DNA from: Pseudomonadota bacterium
GTDB taxonomy: Bacteria; Bdellovibrionota; FAC87; UBA2466
Assembly (NCBI GenBank): GCA_043767805.1
Contig: JAYUGC010000112.1
Coordinates: 1 to 28,631 of the forward strand
Length of the DNA stretch: 28,631 nucleotides
Direction of reading: 5' to 3'
Made by a program: the position numbers and the translations under genes. The notes under the pieces were generated by a model that saw only the letters and a list, made by a program, of their open reading frames with translations, ran no database searches and was not told where the DNA came from. The stretch's first letter is position 1. Every line of letters begins with the position of its first letter. This document shows positions 9,458 to 17,679 of this stretch, in pieces.

Positions 9458-10012
9458 ATGGCTTTGACTCCTTCCTCCATGGCTCCCTTAGGAATGCTCG
9501 CTCCAGAGTTCTCTTTGCCCGATACCGAGGGGAACCTAGTGAGTCTGTCCAACGCGGCGGGTGCGAAGGGTTATCTTGTGGTGTTTATTTGCAACCACTG
9601 CCCCTACGTAGTTCACATCCGCAAGGAACTAGCAACGCTGACTAGCGAGTATCAAAAGAAAGGCATCGCGGTCTTTGGGATTAATTCCAATGACGCGGCA
9701 AGGTATCCCGCCGACTCTCCCGCCAAAATGAAGGAAGAGCGAAGGCTCCAGAAGTACGAGTTTCCTTACCTCTTCGATGAGTCCCAGGACGTGGCGCGCG
9801 CTTACCAGGCCGCTTGCACTCCGGATTTCTATCTTTTTGATGCCGCGAAAAGCCTGGTTTACCGCGGTCAATTCGACGATAGCCGGCCTAGTAGCGGCAT
9901 CCCCGTCACAGGCAAAGACTTGAAGCAGGCCATGGACGAGGTTCTCGCGGGCCGTAAGCCCACCTCAAATCAACGCGCGAGTGTTGGCTGCAACATCAAA
10001 TGGATTAATTAG
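9458..10012 (+). CDS. Thioredoxin-fold redoxin (AhpC/TSA, PRX-like family)
   Basis: APEFSLPD, FICNHCPYV (CxxC), INSND...YPADSP, AACTPDFYLFD, YRGQFDDSRP, SVGCNIKW. Confidence 0.93.
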   Translation: MALTPSSMAPLGMLAPEFSLPDTEGNLVSLSNAAGAKGYLVVFICNHCPYVVHIRKELATLTSEYQKKGIAVFGINSNDAARYPADSPAKMKEERRLQKYEFPYLFDESQDVARAYQAACTPDFYLFDAAKSLVYRGQFDDSRPSSGIPVTGKDLKQAMDEVLAGRKPTSNQRASVGCNIKWIN

Positions 10013-13000
10013 GCAGGTACGAGCGGACGGCCGCCAGCGCGTTCTGACATTTCGCGAGCGTTTCCTCGGAAAGATAAGGCTTGGGCCCGCTTTCGACGAC
10101 GGCCGCGACTTCACGGGACGTAGGCTCGGTGCCCTGGGCTTTGAGCTTCGTGACTTCCTCCGGATCGATGCCGAGCACGTCTTTGATGTTAGTCGCGCCC
10201 GCGGAGATGGCGCGGATCGCGGTGCGCTCCATGGCGGCGTGAATGGCATTGGAGCGCTCGATGGGATCGAGCTGAGCCTCTCCTTTTTCATCCACCACGG
10301 CGATGAACTCGGGCGTGCTTCGCATCCAGCCGGTAATTTTCAAATTCTGTTCCACTCCCGGGACCCCTTCTTCCGCATGCAAGCGATCGGCGAGTGAGTC
10401 GACGGGAAACTGCATCCGGGCCACGTGCTCGCCCTTGGGTCCTTTTTGCTGAATCCACTTTTGAAGCGCAAGGTTCGAGGGCGGCACGATCGGGCCGTCC
10501 GTATCGATGGCTTTCGCCGCGGGAATCGGAACGTATTTGCGAAGCAAGTGCACGAAGGTGGCCCAGCGCCCTTCTTTTCCGGGTTCTTCCAAAGGAATGC
10601 CGGTCATGCGGATGGAGACGAGCGTGCAGGCCTGCGAACAGTAAGTGCCTTGCTCGTAGTACTTACCGGCCGTATGCTCTTTCTTCATCGTTCCGTCCGG
10701 CTGACGAACGTCGACCATGCCGGCGCCGTTGTCGACCCAGCTAAAGTGCGTGCCTTCTTCCATCATGATGCGCCATCCGCGCGCCACGGCTTCGCGCCAG
10801 GTCTCGATCCATTTCTTGGGATTCTTTTCGGCATGGAGCCGCATGAAATCTTGCTTGTTCAAAAGCTTCATCCAATCACCTCGAAGGGGATTGGCGTCGG
10901 GAATAACTTTGCCATCGGCATCGACCGTTGGCTTATACGCTTTCCAGGCCACCGGGTCCCAGCCGTCGCGGCGGACCTTTTCCACCATCTCCTGAGCGTA
11001 CTGATGGAATTTCACCGGATCGATGTCGGCGATGCCGACCCAACCATAAGAGTTCTCATTGGCGAAATGCTCGAGTCCCACGAAGCGCACGCCGGCAAGC
11101 TTCGACTCGTCATGATAGGGATAATTGTCCGCGACCAAAGTTGACGCGATCCCCGTTTCAGGATCGGTGTGAACGATGAACTCTCCCACGTGAGAAAAGC
11201 CTGAATTTCCCCGATTGATCTGAGAAAGGCCAAGGCGCAACCGATCCACGGGCGACAATCCGTTGCTGATGCTTTTTCCTTCCACCGGAACGAAGAAGCC
11301 CAAAACGTTGCCGATGAGGCCTTCTTGCTTCGCTAGCTTGATGTCGTGAGGCACCGCCGCGGAAGTAATGACGGCGGCTTCGGAATTGAGCGAACGGATA
11401 TAAGCTAGGGAGCCGGTATGCACCTCGTTGCTTTGGATCTTTGCGTCGGCATCTCTCATTACGACTTGGTTCGAGACAAAGTTCTCGAGATACTTATCGT
11501 GAGCGCGCACGGCTGCCGCAAGCTCCGTCTCGAGGCCAGAGTCCTTTTTGAGCCGCGCCTGACGCACGATACTCAGAGCGACCCCTCGGCCCACCCATTG
11601 GGTATTGCCGATATGGGGATCGAGATGAATCTTGAAGAGATAGTCCGCGAAAAGACCTGTCACTTTGGCGATATCTTTTCCGATGACCGCTTTCACGCGC
11701 TCGTACTCGGCTTTGTCGCCGTCGGAAACCTGGGTCTCGCTTCCGGGGGCGAGGTACTTTTCCAGGAATTTTTCCCCGTACATGGCCTGCAGGTAATCGG
11801 AAACCAGGCGTTCCAGCTGCAAGCGGCCGCGTTCCCGCTCGGCTCCTTCGAAATAGGTTTCGATGTCCTTGGCGCGCGCGATTAGGTCGGGATTTTGCCG
11901 GACCACCATCGGCACTTCTTTCACCGCGGCTTCCGGCTTTAGATCGAGAAGACTCGCCGCATATTTGAGAAAGCGCTCGCGAAAAGCCGAGTCGTTTAGA
12001 TTGGGCTCGGCGCCGGCCATGAGGTGCAAAGTCAGCTCACGGGCGATATCGACCATCCTGTAGCGCTCGATATTGCCTTCCAGAGTCGCTTTAGCGAGAG
12101 CATTGACGGCTTTCCCCGCATCCAGGCTCGCCTTCATGGTCGCCGAGTACTCGTCGAGACCCATGCGCTTTAAGAAACTTTCCAAGGCCGCCCGACTTGC
12201 CGGCGATTCCATCTCGAGACCCAGTACGGTGTTCTCGCCAACGCTTGAACCATAAGGCTTCGGCTTCGGAGCGGAGGCGATTTCGGAAGCGGCTTTCTCC
12301 TGGCGGGCCCGGGCGCGGGCGGCGTAACTGCCGCCGAGCACTTTACTCGGGCCGCTCTTATCAATGGCGAGACGGTAATCGCGCACGTTTCTTTCGACCG
12401 CCGTGAGCAGACCGCTCAAGTGATCGTCGTGCTCGGTGGCGCCGACCTGCCAAGGAACCGCTTGTAAAACACTTCTCAGCTCACCGTCGGCTTGCGGCAC
12501 GAAGGGCTCCGTACGAGAGAGTTGCCTTTCATGACTGGAAACCGGCGGGTAATCTATGATCTGCACGTCGCCGACCGTCGGCTGAAGCGCGAGACTGACG
12601 GGCGCGACGATGCGTTTGGCCGTCGGAAGATCTTTCAATCCCGAAACTCCCAGTCGACAGAGCAATGAGAGCGGAAAAGCCAAATGACTGTGATTCGGCT
12701 CTACATCGAAGCCCATGGTGAGCTTGGGCGCCAGTACGCAACCTTTGGAGCAATAACCAGCCCCCAGGAAATCCGTGAAGCCCGTATCAAAATGCACGCC
12801 CTGCTTTAAGAAATAGTCCCAGCCCTTTTTCGAGCGTTGAGAATAGAGACGGGCAAAAGCTTCGGGATCTTTCTTGGCGAGCTCGACCCATTCCCGCATT
12901 TCCTTGCGATCGAAAAGCACCGGCCAGTCACGCTGGGTGGCCGAGGCCTCCAAAGTCCCTGAGCCGGGGTTGTAAACGCTGACCGTGGATTTCCAACCGG

Positions 13001-14288
13001 GGCGGTTCGCTTTTTCCACTTGGCGAACGAATTCCGCGGCTAGCTTCTTCGGATCTTGAGTGGACACCATAAGTCGGCGGTTGGACCCTTCCTGAGCGAA
13101 GTTGCCGAGCGAAATGATCCGCTCGCCGCCGAAAACGGGGTCCGGATAAAGGTCGCGTACTTCGACTCGAACGAGACCGGTGGCATAGTCCGTATTGTGA
13201 AACGCTTGTCCGACGTGAGATACGCCATGATTGAAGAGACCGCGATCCGCGAGCCAGCGCCGCGCTCTTCCCCAGTAGGTCTTTTGATCGGGCTCTTTAC
13301 CCTCTTCCCAATGCAATAACCGCGATAAAGCCGTGCCTAGAAGCCGCTTCGAGTAGGCCTTTAAGCTTTGGATCGGTCCGGGTCTCGCCGCGAAGGCGAT
13401 GTCCGCCGCCCTCTTATTACCGGCGTGCTCGTAGACGAAACTTCCATCGTTCACCTTCACGACGACCGGATTGCCTTTTCTGTCTTTGAAAATAGGTTCG
13501 GCGCTAATTGAATTTTCGAGATGCGCTCCGTACCGAAGAGCCGCTGCGTGCATTTGCGTCTCGAGCGGCCCATCCTTAACGCCCTTCTTGCGCGAATGCC
13601 TCACCATGGAAAGCGCCACCGCATCTCCCAGGTAATTCGACTGCCCGAGCTCCGTATCCATGCGCATCAAAGTCAAATAGGAAAGCACCTTCCCGCGCAC
13701 TTCCTTTAGATCCGCCTGAAAGGCGTCGTGTTCCGGAGTCCCGGGACTCGCCAAAAGCGAGCGAATCTTCTCGGTGCCATAGGAGGTATGCATGAAATCG
13801 TTGGCCACGCGTTCCGCGGCGCTCAAAATTTGTTTGGAAATGAAACGGGTGGCGTACGCTTCTCTTTCCGCCGCTGTCCGCACATTGCTCGGCCATTCGT
13901 CCGGCAGCTCTTGCGGCTTCAAAACGAGAAGGCGCGCGGAGAAGTCCGCCACTTTCTTTTGTAACTCCGGTGAGGTGTTGAGCTCTCCGCGAGTCTTGTC
14001 GTAAATCCACGTCGCGAGCTCGCGGGCTTCATTGACCGCCTGATAGCGGCGCTGTGAGAACGCCATGACCTGATCGGAAACCGGCGAGAGCCCGATTTGC
14101 AGACGATCTCCGGCCTCGACTTCAGCGGCCTGCGTCCTGCGGGCCTCGGCAATCTCGGCCGAAAAATCCCGGAACCCCATGTCGCGTAGCCAGGTATCCA
14201 TCTCCGATCGTTCGCGAGACGGCTCCGCAAAGCAGAGCGACGCGAAAAGAACGAGCGCAAGCGCGGTTTGGTAACGAAATGCCTTCAA
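10005..14288 (-). CDS. Large secreted protein with two tandem ~650-700-aa modules, each ending in a permuted papain-like (YiiX/YaeF, NlpC/P60 superfamily) domain
   Basis: Likely TTG start at 14288 after GGGGGG, followed by signal peptide ...TALALVLFASLCFA. Duplicated motifs GVSHVG/GFSHVG, GYCSKGC/TYCSQAC and VAPVSL/VPPSNL occur in His-before-Cys order. The ORF-track start is 14342. Confidence 0.72.
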   Translation of the reverse strand: MKAFRYQTALALVLFASLCFAEPSRERSEMDTWLRDMGFRDFSAEIAEARRTQAAEVEAGDRLQIGLSPVSDQVMAFSQRRYQAVNEARELATWIYDKTRGELNTSPELQKKVADFSARLLVLKPQELPDEWPSNVRTAAEREAYATRFISKQILSAAERVANDFMHTSYGTEKIRSLLASPGTPEHDAFQADLKEVRGKVLSYLTLMRMDTELGQSNYLGDAVALSMVRHSRKKGVKDGPLETQMHAAALRYGAHLENSISAEPIFKDRKGNPVVVKVNDGSFVYEHAGNKRAADIAFAARPGPIQSLKAYSKRLLGTALSRLLHWEEGKEPDQKTYWGRARRWLADRGLFNHGVSHVGQAFHNTDYATGLVRVEVRDLYPDPVFGGERIISLGNFAQEGSNRRLMVSTQDPKKLAAEFVRQVEKANRPGWKSTVSVYNPGSGTLEASATQRDWPVLFDRKEMREWVELAKKDPEAFARLYSQRSKKGWDYFLKQGVHFDTGFTDFLGAGYCSKGCVLAPKLTMGFDVEPNHSHLAFPLSLLCRLGVSGLKDLPTAKRIVAPVSLALQPTVGDVQIIDYPPVSSHERQLSRTEPFVPQADGELRSVLQAVPWQVGATEHDDHLSGLLTAVERNVRDYRLAIDKSGPSKVLGGSYAARARARQEKAASEIASAPKPKPYGSSVGENTVLGLEMESPASRAALESFLKRMGLDEYSATMKASLDAGKAVNALAKATLEGNIERYRMVDIARELTLHLMAGAEPNLNDSAFRERFLKYAASLLDLKPEAAVKEVPMVVRQNPDLIARAKDIETYFEGAERERGRLQLERLVSDYLQAMYGEKFLEKYLAPGSETQVSDGDKAEYERVKAVIGKDIAKVTGLFADYLFKIHLDPHIGNTQWVGRGVALSIVRQARLKKDSGLETELAAAVRAHDKYLENFVSNQVVMRDADAKIQSNEVHTGSLAYIRSLNSEAAVITSAAVPHDIKLAKQEGLIGNVLGFFVPVEGKSISNGLSPVDRLRLGLSQINRGNSGFSHVGEFIVHTDPETGIASTLVADNYPYHDESKLAGVRFVGLEHFANENSYGWVGIADIDPVKFHQYAQEMVEKVRRDGWDPVAWKAYKPTVDADGKVIPDANPLRGDWMKLLNKQDFMRLHAEKNPKKWIETWREAVARGWRIMMEEGTHFSWVDNGAGMVDVRQPDGTMKKEHTAGKYYEQGTYCSQACTLVSIRMTGIPLEEPGKEGRWATFVHLLRKYVPIPAAKAIDTDGPIVPPSNLALQKWIQQKGPKGEHVARMQFPVDSLADRLHAEEGVPGVEQNLKITGWMRSTPEFIAVVDEKGEAQLDPIERSNAIHAAMERTAIRAISAGATNIKDVLGIDPEEVTKLKAQGTEPTSREVAAVVESGPKPYLSEETLAKCQNALAAVRSYLPN

Positions 14289-14325
14289 GAACCCCCCAAA
14301 ATGCCCAGATAACACCTCTGCATGC

Positions 14326-14341
14326 TGCAATGAATGTTCCA
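14326..14341 (-). promoter_or_regulatory. Putative sigma-54 (-24/-12) promoter
   Basis: Minus strand TGGAACATTCATTGCA, close to the consensus TGGCAC-N5-TTGCA, about 38 nt upstream of TTG 14288. Confidence 0.65.
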
Positions 14342-14465
14342 CGGACCGCTCGAAAGTCGCTTTCGGCGGATGGGGTATCTCATTGAAACGCTGGCGAAAT
14401 CAGAGGCTCGTATTCGTTTGGTGGGGACTTTTGGAACGTACTCCGCGAGTGGCCGGTCTCAAGAC

Positions 14466-14481
14466 TTGAGCAGCTGCTCAA
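14466..14481. promoter_or_regulatory. 16-bp perfect palindrome, candidate activator-binding site
   Basis: TTGAGCAGCTGCTCAA, overlapping a second dyad CTCAAGACTTGAG (14458-14470), about 125 nt upstream of the sigma-54 motif. Confidence 0.35.
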
Positions 14482-14501
14482 ACTACGCGCAAAGAAATCC
14501 C

Positions 14502-16706
14502 CTAGGGGCGAAGGTATTGCACGATACTTTGGAGCCGCTGGTCCGCCCTCTTAAAGGCCTCGTTATCGGTGGCAAGTTTCTCGCCAGTGGGCAAGCGCAG
14601 CTGGGCGATGGCAACCACGGCTCCGCCCTTGATTCGGCGGATGACGACGGGCACTTGGGCGACGGTCGACGAGTGACGTTGGAGCAGGACATTGAACTCG
14701 AAGTAGTACTCGTCCGTCGGGAAAGACTTCGCAAGTTGTCCCGAGAGAGCAAGCGACCCGAAATCTTCGAGGGAGCTCGCCTCGACCCCTACCTCTTTCG
14801 TCAAAGCCCTGCCCTTTTCGACTTCGGCGCGCAACACGCCAAGCCTCGCCTTTCCCGCGTAAGCTTGCCGAAGCTGAGCGGAGCTATAAGGGAGAGCCTG
14901 ACAAGGAACCGGTTTGCAGAGGCTAGGGGCGAGATCGGACGGAGTAAAATCGAGTACGAGAACCTCGCCGGCAAACGCTCTCAGGGGCAGCTCTTGACCG
15001 CTTGGCACGGTGATGCGCTTGTCCGCCGCGTTAGGAATGTCAGTCACGCGGCTCAGGGAGCTCTCGCTAGCGGCCGCCTGTTCGAGGTGTCGAGCCTCAT
15101 TAAAATGCTCTTGCAGATAATCCTGATAGGCCCTTTCGAGCTGCGATAGCTGGACTTTCGCGGTTTGCACCGCCTCGGCGGGGGCCTCGGGACCGCCGCG
15201 ACGGCGAGAGTTCTCGTAAGCATCGAGGCTCTTACGAAGCTGCTGCCGGCGAAAGGTCAAATCTTGAAAAATCGGATCGATCGCAATCTGTTTGCCATAC
15301 TCGTCGGGAGACCTGGCGTCTTTGAGTACCTTGGCATAAGGGCGATTCCCTTTGGCAAGAACGAGGTCATCGATGCCAACTTTTCCGCCGTCAAAAACGT
15401 CGGGAAGGAGACCGACTCGAACGGACTTCGCTCCCGCCGCTTCGAGCGCTTTTCCAATGGCATAGGCCGCGCGCTGACTGTCATTTACGCCGTCCGCTCG
15501 AGCTAAGCCTTTCGCCCGGGCATCTCTGTCCAGAACCACGATGAACTCTTTCGCTCCCGACTCAACCAAACCACGGATCATATTGTGATCCCATTCGGTG
15601 ATTCCGGGTAAACCCACGGTGATCTTGCCGCTCGCTTGTTCCGCCACGAGCGTCTTAAACTCGCCTTCCGTTATCACCACGGTTTTTCCCTTGGCCCCGG
15701 AAAGGGCACCGCCGTTATAGAGTTTTTCCTCGGGAGTTAGCCGTCTATCGAGCGAACGGTTGAGCGGCCAACCGATGTACTTCGGAGCCAGGGGATCGGG
15801 ATTCCCCATTTGCCGCGTTCGCCATAGCGGAAGCGTCTGGTGATCTGGGTCCGAAAAGAAAGGGATCTTGATGGAGTCCCGGCCGTTGACGGAATAACAG
15901 GGCCCTCCTTGCGCATCGAAGGAGACTTTCATCCAGCCCGCGTCTCTCATTTCGGCTAGGGAGTACCCATTCTGCTTGGCCCACTGGCGCAGGGGAACGA
16001 AGTCCTCACTGAAGTAAGCGAGACCGGCCCTATCGGCGAGTCCCTCGGGCCAGCCCCGATCCGCGGCGAACTGAGCGACCTTCGCTTGAAGCTCCGGCTT
16101 CGACCGAAGGTCACTAATGAGCTTCTTGTTGAGATCGGAAATCCTGTGAAGCTCTTCCGCCGACAACTTGCGGCCGAGTAGGTTTGCCTTGAACTCCGTG
16201 AGAACTTCCGGCGTCCCGCCTCCCACCTCCAGAACTTCACCCGTCTCGCTCACGACAAAATAATTCACGGAGCCTAGACGCCGGTACTCACTCGCGACAT
16301 GGTAGCCAAAATCCGCGTGTCCGATGACTTTCGCTCCGGGAGGTACGTGCCCGGGCGATTTACCAACGACAAACTTCGCGGACGCATACTTTTGCGTTTC
16401 GACAGGGGGGCGGAGCCGAGAATCGCTCCCAGAGTTAACGCGCATCTGGAACGGCTGTTTTAGATTCACTGAAGTGGCGGCCTGTAGCGCCCGAGCCGAG
16501 CTTTGCCATTCGCTCGTTCCAGCGAGTAGGTCCACGTAACGTTGCTTGTCCAGCGAAATGCTGGGGCGGGGAGCGAGGAAACGAAAGCAGTTGAAGGCGA
16601 AGGACGGTTGTCCCCAGAGCAAAGCGAAGCCCACTACGCCCGTAGAAATGGCGCGCGCGATCTTAGTCGAGCTGAATGTGCGGCTTCCGAACAAAAGGTA
16701 ACCCAT
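14502..16706 (-). CDS. DnaG-like primase catalytic core (Toprim_N + TOPRIM) with an apparent N-terminal signal peptide and no CHC2 zinc finger
   Basis: AADRGW...RAGLAY, EMRDAGW, RDSIKIPF, PKYIGWP, KLYN, VVITEGEFK, FIVVLDRD and KVGIDD are collinear with DnaG core motifs. The N-terminus TKIARAISTGVVGFALLWGQPSFA looks like a Sec signal. Confidence 0.75.
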   Translation of the reverse strand: MGYLLFGSRTFSSTKIARAISTGVVGFALLWGQPSFAFNCFRFLAPRPSISLDKQRYVDLLAGTSEWQSSARALQAATSVNLKQPFQMRVNSGSDSRLRPPVETQKYASAKFVVGKSPGHVPPGAKVIGHADFGYHVASEYRRLGSVNYFVVSETGEVLEVGGGTPEVLTEFKANLLGRKLSAEELHRISDLNKKLISDLRSKPELQAKVAQFAADRGWPEGLADRAGLAYFSEDFVPLRQWAKQNGYSLAEMRDAGWMKVSFDAQGGPCYSVNGRDSIKIPFFSDPDHQTLPLWRTRQMGNPDPLAPKYIGWPLNRSLDRRLTPEEKLYNGGALSGAKGKTVVITEGEFKTLVAEQASGKITVGLPGITEWDHNMIRGLVESGAKEFIVVLDRDARAKGLARADGVNDSQRAAYAIGKALEAAGAKSVRVGLLPDVFDGGKVGIDDLVLAKGNRPYAKVLKDARSPDEYGKQIAIDPIFQDLTFRRQQLRKSLDAYENSRRRGGPEAPAEAVQTAKVQLSQLERAYQDYLQEHFNEARHLEQAAASESSLSRVTDIPNAADKRITVPSGQELPLRAFAGEVLVLDFTPSDLAPSLCKPVPCQALPYSSAQLRQAYAGKARLGVLRAEVEKGRALTKEVGVEASSLEDFGSLALSGQLAKSFPTDEYYFEFNVLLQRHSSTVAQVPVVIRRIKGGAVVAIAQLRLPTGEKLATDNEAFKRADQRLQSIVQYLRP

Positions 16707-16721
16707 GTCTCAACAAACGGA

Positions 16722-16759
16722 CCGCGGCCTCCCCCGCCCAAAAGCCAGGGAGGCCGCGG
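16722..16759. terminator. GC-rich 12-bp hairpin between the 214-aa gene and the primase-like gene (weak terminator or processing/stabilising hairpin)
   Basis: ccgcggcctccc (16722-16733) pairs with gggaggccgcgg (16748-16759). There is no clean U-tract on the minus strand (tccgtttgttg). Confidence 0.45.
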
Positions 16760-16771
16760 CATTAGTTCACT

Positions 16772-17416
16772 CTATTTGTCTCGGAAGAGACTTTCGAACG
16801 TCTGGTACTTGAAGAAATCGAGTTTGCGATGCTTGCGCTTCGCCAGCGTCTCTCCGGAGAGCTCGCTATCGAACGTCTTGCCGATGATGTGCAGGTCGTC
16901 CTCGTCGGAAAGGCCCTTGATCTTGGTGATGCCGCTATAGGATTTTCCGCTCGCGTTCATGACTTCGTTAACCGACTGATCGGGGAGCATGACGTAGAGT
17001 TGTCCGTCGTTGGAAATCATCCACGTTTTGTTGCCGCGAATGAGAACGTCTTTGATGCCAGAAGCATCGACCGTGTACTTCGTGACGGGGCACTGGCCGT
17101 GATTCGGAACGCCCGGTCCCTTGACCTCGAAAACGACGAGCTTATCGGAATTTTTCAGCAAGAAAACTTCGAGACGGGTCTTCCCCGAGTCGCTGGTGAC
17201 TTGCTTACATTCCTGAACGTTCTGATCCATGCGCTGAATGTCGTTGTTGGACAAGATACAACCCGCTTCGCGCACGCGCTTGGCGCAGCGCTGAGCCGCG
17301 GTCTCGCCACTACGGCCACCGGAGCTGGAAGCTCCGCTGTGCTCGGCTTTGGAAATATTCGGCGTAAGGTTAAGGACGGCAACCGCCGCCACGAACCCGA
17401 AGAAACTAACTTTCAT
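16772..17416 (-). CDS. Secreted hypothetical protein with 4 Cys
   Basis: Signal peptide MKVSFFGFVAAVAVLNLTPNISKA; AAAGGG SD; beta-rich mature region. Confidence 0.75.
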   Translation of the reverse strand: MKVSFFGFVAAVAVLNLTPNISKAEHSGASSSGGRSGETAAQRCAKRVREAGCILSNNDIQRMDQNVQECKQVTSDSGKTRLEVFLLKNSDKLVVFEVKGPGVPNHGQCPVTKYTVDASGIKDVLIRGNKTWMISNDGQLYVMLPDQSVNEVMNASGKSYSGITKIKGLSDEDDLHIIGKTFDSELSGETLAKRKHRKLDFFKYQTFESLFRDK

Positions 17417-17508
17417 GACTTACCCTTTCGATTTACGGAAAAACTCATCCGGCGAAACAACCTGTTGACGCCAGAAAGGAGATTTCCTTTCGGAACCAGA
17501 CCCTACTG

Positions 17509-17524
17509 TGCAAGGCACATACCG
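17509..17524 (-). promoter_or_regulatory. Putative sigma-54 (-24/-12) promoter
   Basis: Minus strand CGGTATGTGCCTTGCA (GG-N10-GC), about 93 nt upstream of ATG 17416. Confidence 0.5.
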
Positions 17525-17679
17525 GTTCTTTTCACGGCATTGAACGGCACTAGGATTGTTTAGTCGGTGGCCGTAGTCTCTAGAGGCCCGATATTCCCTA
17601 GCCCCCACAGGCCTTTAGACCCTGTTCGTAGACCAGACTCCCGGAGCCCAATAAGGGCCGCTGTGGTAAACAGAAAGGC

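Noticed and set aside
14334..15149. 271-aa plus-strand ORF
   Set aside because: Antisense to the primase-like gene and covering the putative sigma-54 promoter; no recognisable domain or SD.
14502..16706. Calling this the housekeeping dnaG or a prophage/plasmid primase
   Set aside because: No CHC2 zinc finger, DnaB-binding or helicase domain; no rpsU/rpoD context; no integrase, helicase or phage genes nearby.
17417..17500. Riboswitch in the ~80-nt leader of the 214-aa gene
   Set aside because: Only a small hairpin (gaaaggaaatctcctttc on the minus strand) is visible; I cannot match conserved motifs of c-di-GMP or other riboswitches.
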